Source: Eledone cirrhosa
Taxonomy: Eukaryota
Direction of reading: 5' to 3'
Assembly (NCBI GenBank): GCA_964016885.1
Contig: OZ024740.1
Location: forward strand, 55,304,001-55,368,000
DNA: 64,000 nucleotides
Shown: positions 14,484 to 30,942 of the stretch, piece after piece
Layout: each line of letters begins with the position of its first letter
Numbering within the stretch: position 1 is the stretch's first letter
The notes under the pieces: model-generated
Databases searched by the model: none
What the model was told of the DNA's origin: nothing
What the model saw: the letters and a program-made list of their open reading frames with translations, nothing else
Translations under genes and position numbers: made by a program

Positions 14484-17041
14484 TTATGTGCGTGTGTTAT
14501 CTGTGTGCATGTGTACGGGGTAATATCAGACATACGTGACTCATTAAACACATATTTATCGCTCCCACCAAACTCTTTATTCAATGAGAGTACTCTACAA
14601 CTAATTACTAATTAGTTGTGGCTATGATCCTAGTCTCCTTGATATAAGTAAGCGGGAATTATGAATATAGACAGGTACAAAAGACCTGCCTCTAAATACC
14701 AATCGGTAAACATTCAGGAACAACTTGATGTTTCTGCAGCAACTCGTTTCTTGCGACGATCTTGAAAAAGCAGGTCTCTGTGAAGCTTGTTTGGAAACTT
14801 AACTGACGCCAGGGCCACATGCTCCGTATCTAACTTTCAGAGTTATACAGTACTTCCAATTTCACTGTGGGCCGCCTTAATAATTTTGCCTCCATTTCTG
14901 TATAATCTCTATCATTTTATTTTACTTAAAATTTGTAATTTCGCATTTGCAATGGCAACTAATTCTCAAACATTATATCATAATTGTTAACCATTATATT
15001 ATAATTCTTAAATATTATATCATAATTCTAAAACATTATATTATAATTATATAAGAATATATTCATATTTTTATACGTACTATTATTATAATTATTATTT
15101 TGATAAATAATGTTAACATTATTACATATATTACCCTAGTTTAGCTTATTGAGTGTGTAAACGTGGCTTTGATTCCCTGTTGGAACCATCTCTTTTATTT
15201 TAATCATGCTCTTGGCAGAGGTATACACTTCACAACTTCCTATTTTCTTCCTCCAGATATATATTCTGAGGTTCCATGGCTATGTAAGTAATCACTATTA
15301 ACACTCTTATGTGTAATAGTTATTTATTTTTCGATAGGGAAACGAATGCACCCTATTCACTTGACTCAGTATATTACTGGTACTTAACTTTATGATCCGA
15401 GTGAAAGGAAAGGCTCGTTCAATAACAATAGAATTTTAATAATATATTTAATTGATAACTTCTTGTTTAATTATTTGAAAAGCTTATTATATCATGCTAC
15501 ATACACATTGTTATAACCTGCGAGATGATACATATTAATTTATCGTATATACTATAGCGTCAAGCCCAATTAAACATCTAATATTTCGTTATGATAGCGA
15601 GTATATCACTTACTCCTGGATATAGAATATACTCTGTTTCACTGGTGTCTGCCGTCTATGCTGTAGCACTAGGTGTCTGTTATATATAAATTGAATTATA
15701 TATGCCCCACTCTTCATCGACAATAATCACATTGTCTTAAATTGAATCATGTATATACCCTACTCATTCCCGACATCAATAACGTTGCTATAGATTACAA
15801 TTTTGAGCACGAAATAAGTATTAATCAGTGTTTAAACTGTAATATATACACCAATACAATGACATCATATAGGTTTTATATCTTAATATTACGTGATAAT
15901 ACAACCGAAATAAATATACACATATACGCACTCACAAATACATGCATATGCACATAAACACACGCAAACATATTCGCATAAACACACACACATATATTAG
16001 ATACTTTGAGAAATAGACCATTATTCTAATTGTTTTAAAGTGTTTAAAAGTGTTTTAGACTGTAATAAATACAATTTATTATAGGCGAGATAATCAGATA
16101 AAGTTAGCAGTATTATTAATATTTAATGAATTCATTACAATCCATTGAAAGCCAAGAACTAACAACTGTTCAAAATAGAAGAGATAGAGAAAAACAAAAG
16201 CCAGGAACACTAGAAAATATATACGTGTATATTTATTTGTCTCTATTCAACACCCATTTCACAAAATTCACTAGAAGAAAATAATTATTTATATGTCAAG
16301 AAAAAAGCCAAATGACTCAGAAATATTTGACATATATTCTTAAATCTAGTCGTTCATTTTTGTTCTCATGAGCTCCGCCTGCTGAAAATATAATTAATTA
16401 CTTAGTTGGTTACTCAGTGTTTGTTTTCATTTTCTTTTCCCATAGTTATGTAGCAAAGAGTATAGGATGGTAGCTTTAATTACTACATATTAAAATTATT
16501 GTAGTAAAATAATCCTGGTATATTAGTATAAAGAGGGCGCTAGTATACACAATGTCAAGAAATGTTAATTTTATAAGATTATACATTTTATGCCATCAAC
16601 CCATTTTCTACCTGTCTAAATAAGGTCCAAAATGTTAGGGGAGATAACCCAGGAATTTAAAAACTAAAGATTACAATAAGGAGTGAATCTGTTCTTAAAT
16701 TACAATATACCATTGCATATGTTGGTGTCTATTTTATATAAGACGTATGTGTGTGTGTGTATATGTATTTTGTTTATATTATATACTTTTTTGTAATTTA
16801 CCTAAGTTGTATTGTTTTTATTATTATTATTATTATTTTTAATATTATTATTTTCATTATTATCATTATTTTTATTATTATTATTATTTCTAATTTTTGG
16901 TACAGTGTGATGGGAAGGGGAAAGTCTATTAAATCGACCCCAGTTCATTAAGTACTTGTAAAGCACTGGGGACAATTTAATCGATATCCCCTCCACCCAA
17001 ACTTTTGGCCATGTGCCTATATCAGAAACCAATATTTTTAT

Positions 17042-17102
<61 letters not shown>

Positions 17103-17136
17103 GCTGTTGCTGCTGCTGCTGCTGCTGCTGCTACTG

Positions 17137-17211
<75 letters not shown>

Positions 17212-17614
17212 TTGGAGAGTGAGCCGAGACTGGAGAAGAACTGAAGCCTCCAGTAATCTTTGCTGAAATATAAATGAGAGAGGCGAGAGTGTCCTTTGTT
17301 AATGGAACAATTCTCAGCCAGGGCGTATATATCGGTGATGAGAGCTGGCAAGAGGCAATAGTTCCTAATATTCTGCGTGTAAATCTGAATTTGTTGTAAC
17401 CTTGGCTGGCCCTAGACATTTGTTCCCCGATGTTATTCATTTTGCATCCTGATATTTTCTATGTCTGATTTTCACTATTTGTAAAAGAATCTTCGTGAAT
17501 CTCCAGCGTTTATGTAATTTATCATTGCAATATTTTTCTTCCCTTACCCTTGTGACAAATAATGAAATTATTTTTATTGTTGTTGTTATAGTTATTGTTA
17601 TTATTATCATTATA

Positions 17615-17891
17615 GGGCGGTGGATAGGCAGTATCGGTAGAGGGTCGAACGCCATGCTTTGCAGCACAGAATTACGGCCCTTTATGATATAAGTTCAAAT
17701 CCCGCCGAGGTTAACTTTGCCTTTCATCCTTACGAGGTCGATAAAATCAAGTACCAGTCATGCACTGGGGACGATTTAATCGACTTTCCCTCCCCCCAAA
17801 ATTGCTGGGTTTGTACCAGTATCGGGGTCGATAAAATAAAGCACCAGTAATACACTGGGATAATTGCTGGCCTTGTGCCAAAAGTAGAAAC
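17615..17891 (+). mobile_element. tRNA-derived SINE S1, near full length, with internal duplication of the 3' part
   Basis: gggcggtggataggcagtatcggtagagggtcg head, B-box aagttcaaatccc, central gcctttcatccttacgaggtcgataaaat domain. The ggtcgataaaat...accagt segment is repeated. TTA-rich tail. Confidence 0.8.
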
Positions 17892-17912
17892 AATTATTAT
17901 TAATATTATTAT

Positions 17913-18560
17913 AGTTGCATTTATCTTGCTTTATGTTCATACGAGTTATCACCAAGTCACATCCAGTGACCTCAAGAGACGACAAGGTCCGCCATGTTCA
18001 AGAGAGAACATACATACACACACATGCATCTTTAGGTGTTTAGACTTGTGATGTACTTATATTGACAGAATCTTCCTTAGTATATGGGCAGTTCCCATTA
18101 GTACTATCTTTTGTATTTCTCATATACGCGGGTTTCCTGGGATTTGTGATAAGTAATCATTAGACCCCTTAGGTATCATTCCCAGAGCGCCTACAACCAC
18201 TGGTATTGTTTTAGTTCTCAATTTCCACATTTTTCCAATTTCTATCTCCAGGCCCTTATATTTGCTCAATTTTTCAAATGTTTTTATAGATACATTCTTA
18301 TCTATTGCAATGGACATATCAATTAGCAGGCATACCCTTTTTTTAAAGACCTTTAGTATTATATCAGGTCTATTTGAATCTATTTTTCGGTCTGTTTGGA
18401 TGCTAAAGTTCCACAAGATTCAGATGTGATCTTTTCAAGTATGGAAGGTGGTTGATGCTCCCACCAATTCTTTTGATGGGGCAGGTCAAAATGCTTACAC
18501 ATTATCCAATGTATGTATTGTGCAGCTCTGTCATGCCTGTTTAGGTATTCGGTTGGAGCT
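17913..18560 (-). mobile_element. R4/Dong-like non-LTR retrotransposon family A, 3' fragment (REL endonuclease + 3' UTR)
   Basis: Translation WNFSIQTDRKIDSNRPDIILK...LLIDMS...KLSKYKGLEIEI (PD..D..K REL motif). Nearly identical to 32945-33589; flanked by (TAA)n. Confidence 0.9.
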
Positions 18561-18581
18561 TATTATTATTATTATTTTTGG

Positions 18582-19391
18582 TCTTTGAGTATCAGTCATT
18601 GATGTTATTTAACTGGAAAGTTTGTTGAAATGAATATCAAGCCAGTACCTGCAGCCTCAGATATCAGGACGTATCGGAGGGTTCTTGCTGTTCCCAGCAA
18701 GCATGCCTTTTGAAGTGTTCCAAAAAGCGGGCTTTAACCATCCTTGGAAACTCTTTGAGATAGTACCAGGTGCGCCTATGACAATCGGGACGACCTTGAC
18801 CTCATGGCAGTTCCAAATCCTTTTTACCTCCGACTTCAAGTCCTGGTATCGGTTAATTTTCTCCTTCTCCTTCTCTTGCACTCTCGTGTCGAATGGGCAG
18901 GCTACATCCACAATCAGGCACGATCTTTTTCGCTTGTCGAAAACCACCAGGTCCGGTCTATTCTGTTCCAGTTTCTTGTCCGTCTGTATCCTAAAATCCC
19001 ACAGCACCTTCACCTGATCGTTTTCTATCACCGACTCTGGCTTATGCTCATACCACTTCTCAGAATGTGTTAAATTGTTTAATTTGCATAGGTGCCAGTG
19101 GATCACTCTGCCCATCACATCATGTCTCCTGCCCATATAGTGAGTCTGGGCTAGGTGTTTACACTCGGATACAATGTGAGCCACAGTCACCTCTCTCTCT
19201 CCACAGATCCTGCACAGTGGGCTAGCCTCCTCCTTGTAAATATGGTGTTTCAGCCACTTCATTTTGAGGGCCTGCTCCGGCGCAGCCATTAGGATTCGTT
19301 CTGTAGCTTTTTTAAGGTCTCCTCTTTTTAACCAATTCCATGTCTGTGGATCTCTAAATTCCGTTTTCTTAAAGAAGGCACTATGAAGGGA

Positions 19392-19392
<1 letters not shown>
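18582..19392 (-). mobile_element. R4/Dong-like non-LTR retrotransposon family B, 3' fragment (CCHC knuckle + REL)
   Basis: ORF 18657-19490 includes CRICGEREVTVAHIVSEC, RHD and RPDLVVFDKRKRSCLIVDVACPFD...KINRYQDL. 5'-truncated into (TAA)n. Confidence 0.9.
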
Positions 19393-19430
<38 letters not shown>

Positions 19431-19579
19431 CATTATTATTATTTTATTATTATTATTGTTATTATTATTATTATTATTATTATTAAACAATATTCCATTA
19501 ACTCACAAGATTTCTTTTCATTAGTGATTTATTTTTCTGAATATATTTAATCTCTCTGAAATAATAGATAATACACCGC

Positions 19580-19621
<42 letters not shown>

Positions 19622-19657
19622 CGCACACACACACAAACACACAAACACACACACACA

Positions 19658-19708
<51 letters not shown>

Positions 19709-21013
19709 GTATGTATATATACATGTATATACATGTATATATATATTGTAAATTTAAAATGTGAGGCAGGCATTTTTTTAAATCAACATATCACTTTCGC
19801 CTCACTATGAAGTGTAAATACATAAGATTAATCTCCGTAATCAGAATATATGAGGAGAGGCGTTTCTTGTTTTCTTAGATCTCCATCAGAGAATAAATAC
19901 CCATCTCCTCTCACGCAATATGAAGAAATAATTATTTAATTCACGTTCTCAGCACATTCATTATTATGAAAATTGTGCTCCACCAGTTCAGCTGAGTCCA
20001 AGACTGTATATTCATTAAAGCGTTATGAGCCAATAATCCCTTCATGCGTATTCTTTCTCTGATGAACTTATAATAATGTCAAGTCGATCTTAACTTCTTC
20101 TACTCATAGTCCGATAAAAACTGTGGTGTAACCACTCTAGTTTACTTTTTACATTGATGTTGAAACTGTATGCGTTATATTTCAAATGATTAGACACAGC
20201 CTCATTTGCTATTTTGTATTGAAACTCACTATTGGTAACAACTTTTTAATCTCTTATCTTTCGAGAGTACTTACTTCAAATGGAATTATGGATGTGCAGG
20301 AAGGTTCGTCTGTTTACATTGCATACAGGAAATTAGAAAGAAGAGAACGTTTATTTAGAGTAGTAAATTCAATAGAATTTTCACATTGGTATCTGATAGA
20401 GTAATATTGGTGATGGCGCATTGATGGCATATGATATTTCTAGAGTGTTGGTGGTAGTGACTGAAGCGGTGTTAGCTGTGGTGGTTTTGTTGGTGCTGTT
20501 GGTGATGATGTTGATTGTGGTGGCGGCGACAGTTTGAAGATAGATAGGCTGATAGTGGTGTTGGTAGATTATTAGCAGTTACAGAAATAATGGCACTGGT
20601 GATGGTGGTGGTGCTGGTGGTGGCGCTGGCTGGGGCAGTAGTGGTGGTGGAACCGGTAGGGGGAGATTATTGGCAGATACTATGAGTTTAGTTACAGTGG
20701 AAGTATGGGTACATTAAGGGCAGATGCAGTATTAGAAGTAGTGGAGCGAGTGGTGATGGATTGATAAGAAATAAAATGATAGTGGTGATACTGGTGAAGG
20801 ATTGATAGCATAGAAATTGATAGTGGTGGTGGTGATGTTGAATGGTGGATGGCAGAAACGATGATAAGAGTAGTGGTGGATTGAATACAGATGCAATCAT
20901 AGTTGTTTCGGTGGGATTTATGGCATATATACAGTAAAGATGGCGGTGGTAGAGTAGAGGGATTGATGTCAGATAGTGCTAATGGTGAGGGTTGCAAGGA
21001 TGAGCTCCTACCT

Positions 21014-21144
<131 letters not shown>

Positions 21145-22384
21145 CACACACATACGCACACACAATGATTATTATAATGTCAAAATGATCTCTAACTCAT
21201 TACCTTTGGAGAAAAGATTAAGCCTGTAAACATAACGGGAACTCTGCGGTTACTGGTTGGGTGATGGAGCAAAAATGACTAGTCTGTCTGCCATCACCTG
21301 TAAGCTTTATTAAAATGCCAACCAGTTCGAAGCATGTGTATTCCATTCAGTCATTCATTCTGTGGTCAAAACAGCGCCTAAGTAGCCAAATTATTAGCTC
21401 TTCACTGAATTGCTGAGAGAGGACGCTAATAAAGGTTTTTGAGGCTGAAATCGAATAAATGAGAGGCGTGTCTGAAGATATGTTATGGCATGAGTGTGAA
21501 AGAGAGAACGACAGGGAGAAACAGGGGAAGGAGAGAGAATATTATTAAAACAAATGCAATGTTGCTGGAGGAGTAATTCTGAAACCATGCGAACTGGGAA
21601 AGGTATTGGTAGGGGTGAGAGAGGAAGATAGAGAAAGAAATACATTTGGATTGGGAAGTAAGAAGAGTGAACATGTATATAAACGAGCCGTCATTATTCT
21701 TCATGCTTGACCAGCCTAATAGAAGGTGCACTTGCTTATAGAAAATAAATAGCTGTTTAAGTATTTGCTTCAACGACTCTCTACATAGATTTAAAAAAAA
21801 CTGGAAATTGTTCTGTTTTTTTAAAATAACCCTCATTAGAATAATGATGATGATGATAAATAATATAATAATAATAATATCAACAATAATAACAACAATA
21901 ACAATAACAACAATAATAATAAAGTAAGGAAACATTTATATCATAGCACACTTGCTTTACTTGTTTTAAATGGTATACATTGGGATAATTTTTATTACAC
22001 TTTAATAAAATTTATCTTTAAGTTAAAAAAAACACACACACACACACAAAAAAAAAGAGAAAATACTGCAGAAATCTGTATTTAGAGTTTAAATTTTAAA
22101 CGTTATTGATGTAACTGAAAAAATATTTTCTTATCATTCGTCCAGAATTAAATTTAACAGTTGTTTTAGAAAGAACAAACAGTTTCATAACTTCATTGTT
22201 ATAATAGTGGTATTTTCTTATTAGTTTGTCATTTTATCTCTTTACCTATGTATGTATGTATGTATGTATGTATGTATGTATGTATGTATGTATGTATGTA
22301 TGTATGTATGTATGTATGTATGTATGTATGCATGTATGCATGTATGTATGTATGTATGTATTTATGTGTGTATGTATGTATGTA

Positions 22385-23314
<930 letters not shown>

Positions 23315-23622
23315 ATACAAATATACATATATATATATATATACATACATACATAATTACATAAACAGAGAAAGCTATTATCGATACTCCGACCAATTTC
23401 CAACTCACTCAACAAACATTAGGAAATACCGGAGTATATTCCCAATTAAACGTTTGGGATGGTAACTATATTGTATTGTGTGGATAATTGGCTGTATTAT
23501 TTTATATGAGATATATTAAATAACTCATTTCCCAAACGAATCGTTTCATTATAAGATTTATATATATATATATATATATACAAATATTTATATATATATA
23601 TATATATATATACGTATGTATA

Positions 23623-23708
<86 letters not shown>

Positions 23709-23745
23709 TTCAGATAAAGAATCTTGCTAAACAAATTCAGAAACG

Positions 23746-23794
<49 letters not shown>

Positions 23795-25259
23795 ATATAT
23801 ATTATGTGTGTAGCATGTGACATGATTTTATTGACCGTGACTTTAAAGATTCACCGGGTATTGATGGCTTAGTTAAACAAACAATATAATGTAGATACAT
23901 TGTGAGGTCTCAGCGACATTAACCATAAATATATATAAGCAGATTCATGTCAAATCCAGTTACTCTCTGAGGAAATCATACTTTTTGAAATTTTAGTTTT
24001 CACTTTATATTATGTAGTAGCCCTAACAAACACATTTACACACCATTCTCCAATTTTTTGTTATTCAGCTTCTTTCCATTGTTTGTGACTTTCATTGTTT
24101 TTTTCCCCTTCTATTCCTTCCCACTTTCATCTCCACTCCGATTCTTTGTTCTTTTTCTTATCACCTTTCTTCATTTGAACTTTCATCATTTTATCATATT
24201 TTTATAACTTTTTTGTTAGTGTTTCTTCTTCTCACCTCTCATCATCTCCACCCAGTTCAACCACCTCTAAGAGATACCACGACTAACTTCACACAACCTG
24301 GCACGTCACCTATTATCTTACTTCTTCATTCACTACTCCTCATCTGCTTCCTACCCTTCCTTTTTCTTCTCCTCCTGCTGCCGGGACTTCGGTTCATTCT
24401 GGAGACACCATTGAATTGAGTAAATTACTAGCATTCACCATATTTCCTCTGTGTGTGGATGTGTTTCTGTATGTATGTATGTGTAATAATATAGGTGGAT
24501 GTATGGTGGTGCCAGCTTTGGTATCTATCCATATGGCACCAAATTTGACTCTTTCTTTAGCCGCATCCGAGAAAAAAACCTCTCACGTATTATAATCCCT
24601 AATACATCGTAGTCGTCACAGATAAATAGTACTGGCCTTGTAACACTACTACTTTTACACCCACCTCTTTTTCATGACACTCGCTTTTTATCTTTCCCCT
24701 TCTCTCTCTCTCTCTCTCTCTCTCTCCAACACTTTTTCGCACTGCGTCAGTCTTGCTCTGATTTTCTCTTTCATTCTTCCGAGCTCTGGTGATAACCAGT
24801 GCCATCTGGAGTATATGCCCTGGGGTTAGTAAGTCGTAAGCCTTCACTTTTCTCTCCTTTCTTAGCTTAAATATAAGCCTGCAATGCCTGGCCTGCCTGA
24901 TCTGCCTGTTCTCCCTGGCAATCCTGCCAGCCTACCTGGCTGACTGCTAGACTTAGTGGCTGACTGTCTGTCAGTCTGTTGGCCTGTCTGCTTACCTGTC
25001 TGTGTGCCTGCCGGGCTTTGCGTCGCCTTCATGGCTTGATGGCTTGTCTGGTTGCTGGGTTGCTGGTGTTGATTTTTCTTTCCCAGCTTACTCCATCTTA
25101 GCAACTTCAACAAGAGAACTGTCTTCTTCAACATTCTGTAAATCAGATGATACGTCATACAGGAAAGAATGGACTGAACTGGAAAGATATTGGTTGATAC
25201 TTGCTAAGTACACACACACACACACATACACACGCACGCACATGTGTAAGTATCCACAC

Positions 25260-25294
<35 letters not shown>

Positions 25295-25304
25295 AGTGTG
25301 TATG

Positions 25305-25427
<123 letters not shown>

Positions 25428-25430
25428 GTG

Positions 25431-25481
<51 letters not shown>

Positions 25482-25541
25482 TAAGTAATCACAACAGCTC
25501 TTTTCCCTTTTCCCTTCTCGGTTTTGTTAAGGCACGTCTGT

Positions 25542-25695
<154 letters not shown>

Positions 25696-26057
25696 TTTAC
25701 GTCTTTATGTCCTTCGCTGTCAGAACTAGAAATCAGCATATAAACTCCAATCCACTTCCTCCTTCATACTTATTCCCACCTCTCACCTACTCCCTCCATA
25801 CATCACTACGCAACCCACATCATCATACAACATACCCCTCAGCCACAACCACAAACCCTACTAATGATTCTGAATAATAGACATTGCTTGCTCTAGCTAA
25901 TTCCATTTGTTCTCCCATCAATAATTTTCAGCCCTAGTCATTTCCATGAAATTCTATTTCATCGCTACTTACATATTACACAGACACACAAGAATTCAGA
26001 CACAAATACATTCACATACACGAATATTCACACACATACCCATATATGTGTATATAT

Positions 26058-26164
<107 letters not shown>

Positions 26165-26187
26165 TATATATATATATATACGTATGC

Positions 26188-26258
<71 letters not shown>

Positions 26259-26264
26259 GCATAA

Positions 26265-26295
<31 letters not shown>

Positions 26296-27581
26296 CACAC
26301 ACATACACATATCATCATGTTTGTGTTCTCAGTATTATAACAGAAATATTTAGTCTATGGCAACGAAACTAAAGTGCTTAACATATGTAAATATAAATTG
26401 ATAGAAACTATATTGGGAGTGTATTAAAGTGTAATTCAAGATGCGATGTGAACTGACGATTTAATTGACCACAATATAATTGACCACGTATGATGTGTAA
26501 TACGTAGAAATTATTGATATTACTGTATTTGTTTGCGAAATATTTATTAATTTCTGGCAGTCAAACAGCTATTATTTTCTATCTGTTTGTGGCAAGCGTC
26601 TTGATCTCAGCTCCTGTAATATACCTGGAATCTATCATCAAGACTAAGTCTCGTTGGGAGAAATAACTGATTCAGTTATTTATACCAATACAAAAAAGTT
26701 ATATATTTGTTGGACTGATACATTTTTTTGGTGAAGTGTGTGGACCACTTGCTGAAAATGTTTTGTTCAATATGTAAGCCCGGCTGTCATTCCGTTACAT
26801 TTGATTTTAACTACTGTAAACTGGTATAGACATGACGCAAATAGTCACCGCAGGTGTAATGCGAGTTTTTCAGAGGGCAAGAATATTTTTAAATGGTAGT
26901 GATTTTATGTATATTCATTTTCGGCAAAGTGCAAGTTTGATTTAGACAATTTTTGTACTTTTCCCATTTTACTTTTATAGTGTGACTTAATACGACCGGA
27001 AAATTTGTCTTATCATCTACTATAAATTGTCCACGGATTTTTCGTATATTCAGCACCTAGCATTCAGTGGCACAATATTTTAATGGAATAGTGTATATGA
27101 GACGGACGTTTACACAGAAATTGTGTCCCATTTTATAGTATACGTTACGAATATATAAAGTAAAACAAAAGAAAATATAATGAGATAGAAAATGAATGTA
27201 TGCGTTAGAGTGTTTAATGTGGTTTTTGCTTGTTTTAATGTGTTCTTTCTGCTTGTTTTTAATGTGTTACTTTATTCATTTTTACTTTAATTGCAAGTCT
27301 TCATAAGTTGTCTTAATATTGAATCTTGAAGTAAGAAACTTGATCGGGTGATGGTGGTGGGTATTGTGAAACCGAGACATATTGCCAAGCTAAATGATAG
27401 TTAACCACCTTCACATCCTCTACCATCGACATCTTTTAACTAGTCTAGCCTACTGTATATTACGTGTCTATATATATGCGTATGAATATATGATTATATA
27501 CATATATATACACACACAGAAACACTCATACCCACACTTATATACACATATATATATATGTGTGTGTTTGTGTGTGTATGA

Positions 27582-27664
<83 letters not shown>

Positions 27665-28142
27665 ATATACATACAAAGACGTAAATATTTTCTTCTAAAT
27701 TAAATATATCGATTGCTTTGATAGTATTGATATTGTTATTATTATTATCTTTATGTTGCATCCAGTCTGATGAGTTATTTTCAATACATAGAGAGAAATT
27801 ACTTCGAATTACCACGCTGCCGACAACTCAACTTCCATCTCATTATCACCATCATCATAGATTTATACACCACCATTATCGTTTTATTATATACATGTGT
27901 CTATAAGTATATGTAAGAAGTGTAAGTGCACACGTGCTTTTGTAAGTACGGGTGCTTTCGCTGCAATGATCATGTATTTGCCAGTAAATATATATATGTG
28001 TGTGTGTGTAGTTATGTTTCTACTTACCTATATTGCAATGTTACTTATACATTGATCAGTGTTCATGTACTACTTGAGCAATGATATTCATACGCACATA
28101 CTTTTAATTATATATATATTTATATACCTGTGTGTGTGAGAG

Positions 28143-28246
<104 letters not shown>

Positions 28247-28473
28247 CCTTTATATTTTTTTCCCGGAGTAGAAATACCGGCGTGGACCACTTTTATTTCA
28301 TCCTTTCAGATTGGATAAAAATTCGACTAGACAAGAGCTGTCGTGACCTTATTTCTTTCACGTTCTCATATCTTGGATGTTTTGGCAGGGCGATACGGTG
28401 CTTGTGTCTACTTGAACACAAATTCCTTAGATAGAGCATAATACGCAATACCATTTACCACTGAATATATTTA

Positions 28474-28655
28474 TATATTAAGAAAAACACGAGGTTTCAC
28501 ATTAGAATTGTTATTGATTATGCACAGTTACCTGTGCATAATCAATAAAAAATAGTATAAACCTTAACGTGAAATCTCGATTTGTGTTTTAATATATACA
28601 ATCTGTCTTACCATGGAGTGCTGATTCAGTAAACTTCGAATTTACTGAATCATCC
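28474..28655 (+). mobile_element. Fold-back mini-element family H3
   Basis: ttattgattatgcacag-ttac-ctgtgcataatcaataa core with outer arms cgaggtttcac / gtgaaatctcg, then a tail containing a second hairpin tgattcagtaaa...tttactgaatca. Sits next to (TA)n. Confidence 0.55.
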
Positions 28656-28672
28656 AATGTATATATACAAGC

Positions 28673-28718
<46 letters not shown>

Positions 28719-28726
<8 letters not shown>

Positions 28727-30212
28727 ATACTTTGGGAGGGTCATGTTGCCAATAAAAAACACACGCACCAGTTGCTTTCACTCCAATTTATTATGAATTA
28801 AATTATAAATTTCCGGTTGGTTGGTTGGTTCCACAAACGGAAGGTTGTTCATATATTGTCACAGTTCTTTCGTCACACATTATGTGACCTCTTCAGTGAC
28901 TGGGGATTCTTTTCTTTGTTTTGTGCCTCTCCTTTGTTCTGTCCTACGCCTTCTTGTTTTTGTGTATGTTGTGTGCTTAGTTTGCGCATATGTTACATCC
29001 GGGTGTCTGTGTGTGTTTTTATTTGTTTATTTATTTGTTGATTTACATGTTACTGGTTGGTTGTTTGTTCTATGTGTGTGTGTTTTCATTTTGTCCTTAA
29101 TTGTAAGTTGTGATGCTTCTATTCCATTCTTGTTTTCTATTTAATTTTGGTTGGAGTTCATTTATATTTATTGCCTCTGTGGTTTGCCCCTTGTATAGGA
29201 GCACATTTTGGAATAGAATAGAAAGAACTAGGAATAAGGTTAATAGATTAAACTCATGGTATGATAGCAATAAATACCAGAGTGTAATGTTCATCAATAC
29301 AACCCCTAGAGGTGAATTAGCTTACAAATTTAGAAGGGACCTAGATAAAATTAAACTCAATATTTAGATAGTAGAAAGACAAGGTACCTCCATAAAAACA
29401 CTTATTAGTAATACATACCCTTTTCAAAGACCTCCCTGTATAGATAAGAAATGCATAATCTGTGAACTAAGAGTCCATATTAACTGTAAAACTAGAAACA
29501 TAGTATATAGCATAAGATGTACTGAAGGACAATGTAAAGATAAGAATATAGTGTACATAAGTGAGACAGCTCGTAGTATAGGAGAACGCTTAAATGAACA
29601 CTGGCGAGAGCTTCAAGATGGAAAAGAGTCATCAGTACTCCACCAACATGCTAAAATAGAACATAAGGGCAAATTAGAGAACATAGAAATAAAAATAAAA
29701 TCTACACACAGAAAAGACGCAATGTTTAGACAAATCACAGAGGCAATAAACATAAATGAACTCCAACCAAAATTAAATAGAAAACATGAATGGAATAGTA
29801 ACATCACAACTTACAATTAAGGACAAAATGAAAACACACACATATAGAACAAACAACCAACCACTAACATGTAAATCAACAAATAAATAAACAAATAAAA
29901 ACACACACAGACACCCGGATGTAACACATGCGCAAACTAAGCACACAACATACACAAAAACAAGATGGCGTTGGACAGAACAAAGGAGAGGCACAAAACA
30001 AAGAAAAGAATCCCCAGTCACTGAAGAGGTCACAGAATGTGTGACGAATGAACTTTGACAATATATGAATAACCAACCAACCAACCGGAAATTTATAAAT
30101 TTTTAAATTTATAATTTAATTCATAATAAATTGGAGTGAAAGCATCTGGTGCGTGTGTTTCTTATAGGCAACATGACCCTCCTAAAGTATAACAATATCG
30201 GTTTCAACACAC
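28719..30212 (+). mobile_element. 5'-truncated Penelope-like element (GIY-YIG endonuclease) with inverted pseudo-LTR
   Basis: 28719-29186 is the reverse complement of 29731-30198. The frame 29187-29820 (one TAG at 29365) reads ...PPCIDKKCIICELRVHINCKTRNIVYSIRC...IVYISETARSIGERLNEH...LHQH...H...RQITEAINI...LNRKHEW, i.e. a Cys-rich linker plus GIY-YIG. Inserted in (TA)n with a short 3' tail. Confidence 0.9.
28858..28900 (-). ncRNA. Degenerate minimal hammerhead motif in the PLE pseudo-LTR (mirror copy at 30017-30059, +)
   Basis: Minus strand reads GTCA-CTGAAGA-g-GTCACA taatg TGTGAC-GAAA-gaac-TG-TGAC; the cleavage position is G here. The + copy has GAAT instead of GAAA, so both are probably impaired. 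Confidence 0.6.
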
Positions 30213-30272
30213 GTTTTCAGATAAAAAAGCTTGCTATACAAATTCAGAAACGAAATACATATATATATATAT

Positions 30273-30506
30273 ATATTTATTAAAATAACGGATTAAAGTT
30301 TAAGCAAAGAATCGCTGCTTTTACCCTTAACGAGATATTTTGAAGAGTTTCAGAAGATCCCGTTAATGGTGAAAGCAGCGATTATTTGCTTAAACTTTAA
30401 TCTGTTATTTTAATAAATATTTGCTCTACGGTTCTTATATATTTGATATATATTTATCCTTATCGAGCCCTCTTTGGATTTTAGTCTTAAAATTTATTAT
30501 TATCAC
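30273..30506 (+). mobile_element. Fold-back mini-element family H4
   Basis: ~70 bp inverted arms (30273-30345 / 30348-30420) plus a tail. Partial copies at about 34295-34405 (tail reversed) and 63528-63585. Confidence 0.75.
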
Positions 30507-30701
30507 TATATATATAAGTTGGAATAGAATGAAACGAAATTTCATTTCTCACTCTTGTGTCAGGGTTGAACAAAAAGGTGACGTGGTTGCCTTAACACCG
30601 TACCGCATAAATCAGGCTGTCAGTTTGTTTACAAACGGACAAAGCGAGCGTTATAATAAACGTCCGCTAAACTGATACGTACATATATATATGTGTACCT
30701 G

Positions 30702-30763
<62 letters not shown>

Positions 30764-30815
30764 TGCTACTGTACGTCTGTATACATATATGTATGTACGT
30801 ATACATACATACTTA

Positions 30816-30942
<127 letters not shown>

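Noticed and set aside
24880-25060. GC-richer block with many GCCTG motifs and a 98 aa minus-strand ORF
   Set aside because: Best explained as a decayed (GCCT/GTCT)n tetranucleotide repeat.
25740-25877. PPSYLFPP peptide resembling the AP-2 PY activation motif
   Set aside because: It lies downstream of the VED...IRKG exon, which is the wrong order for AP-2. The context is low-complexity and there is no clear splice donor.
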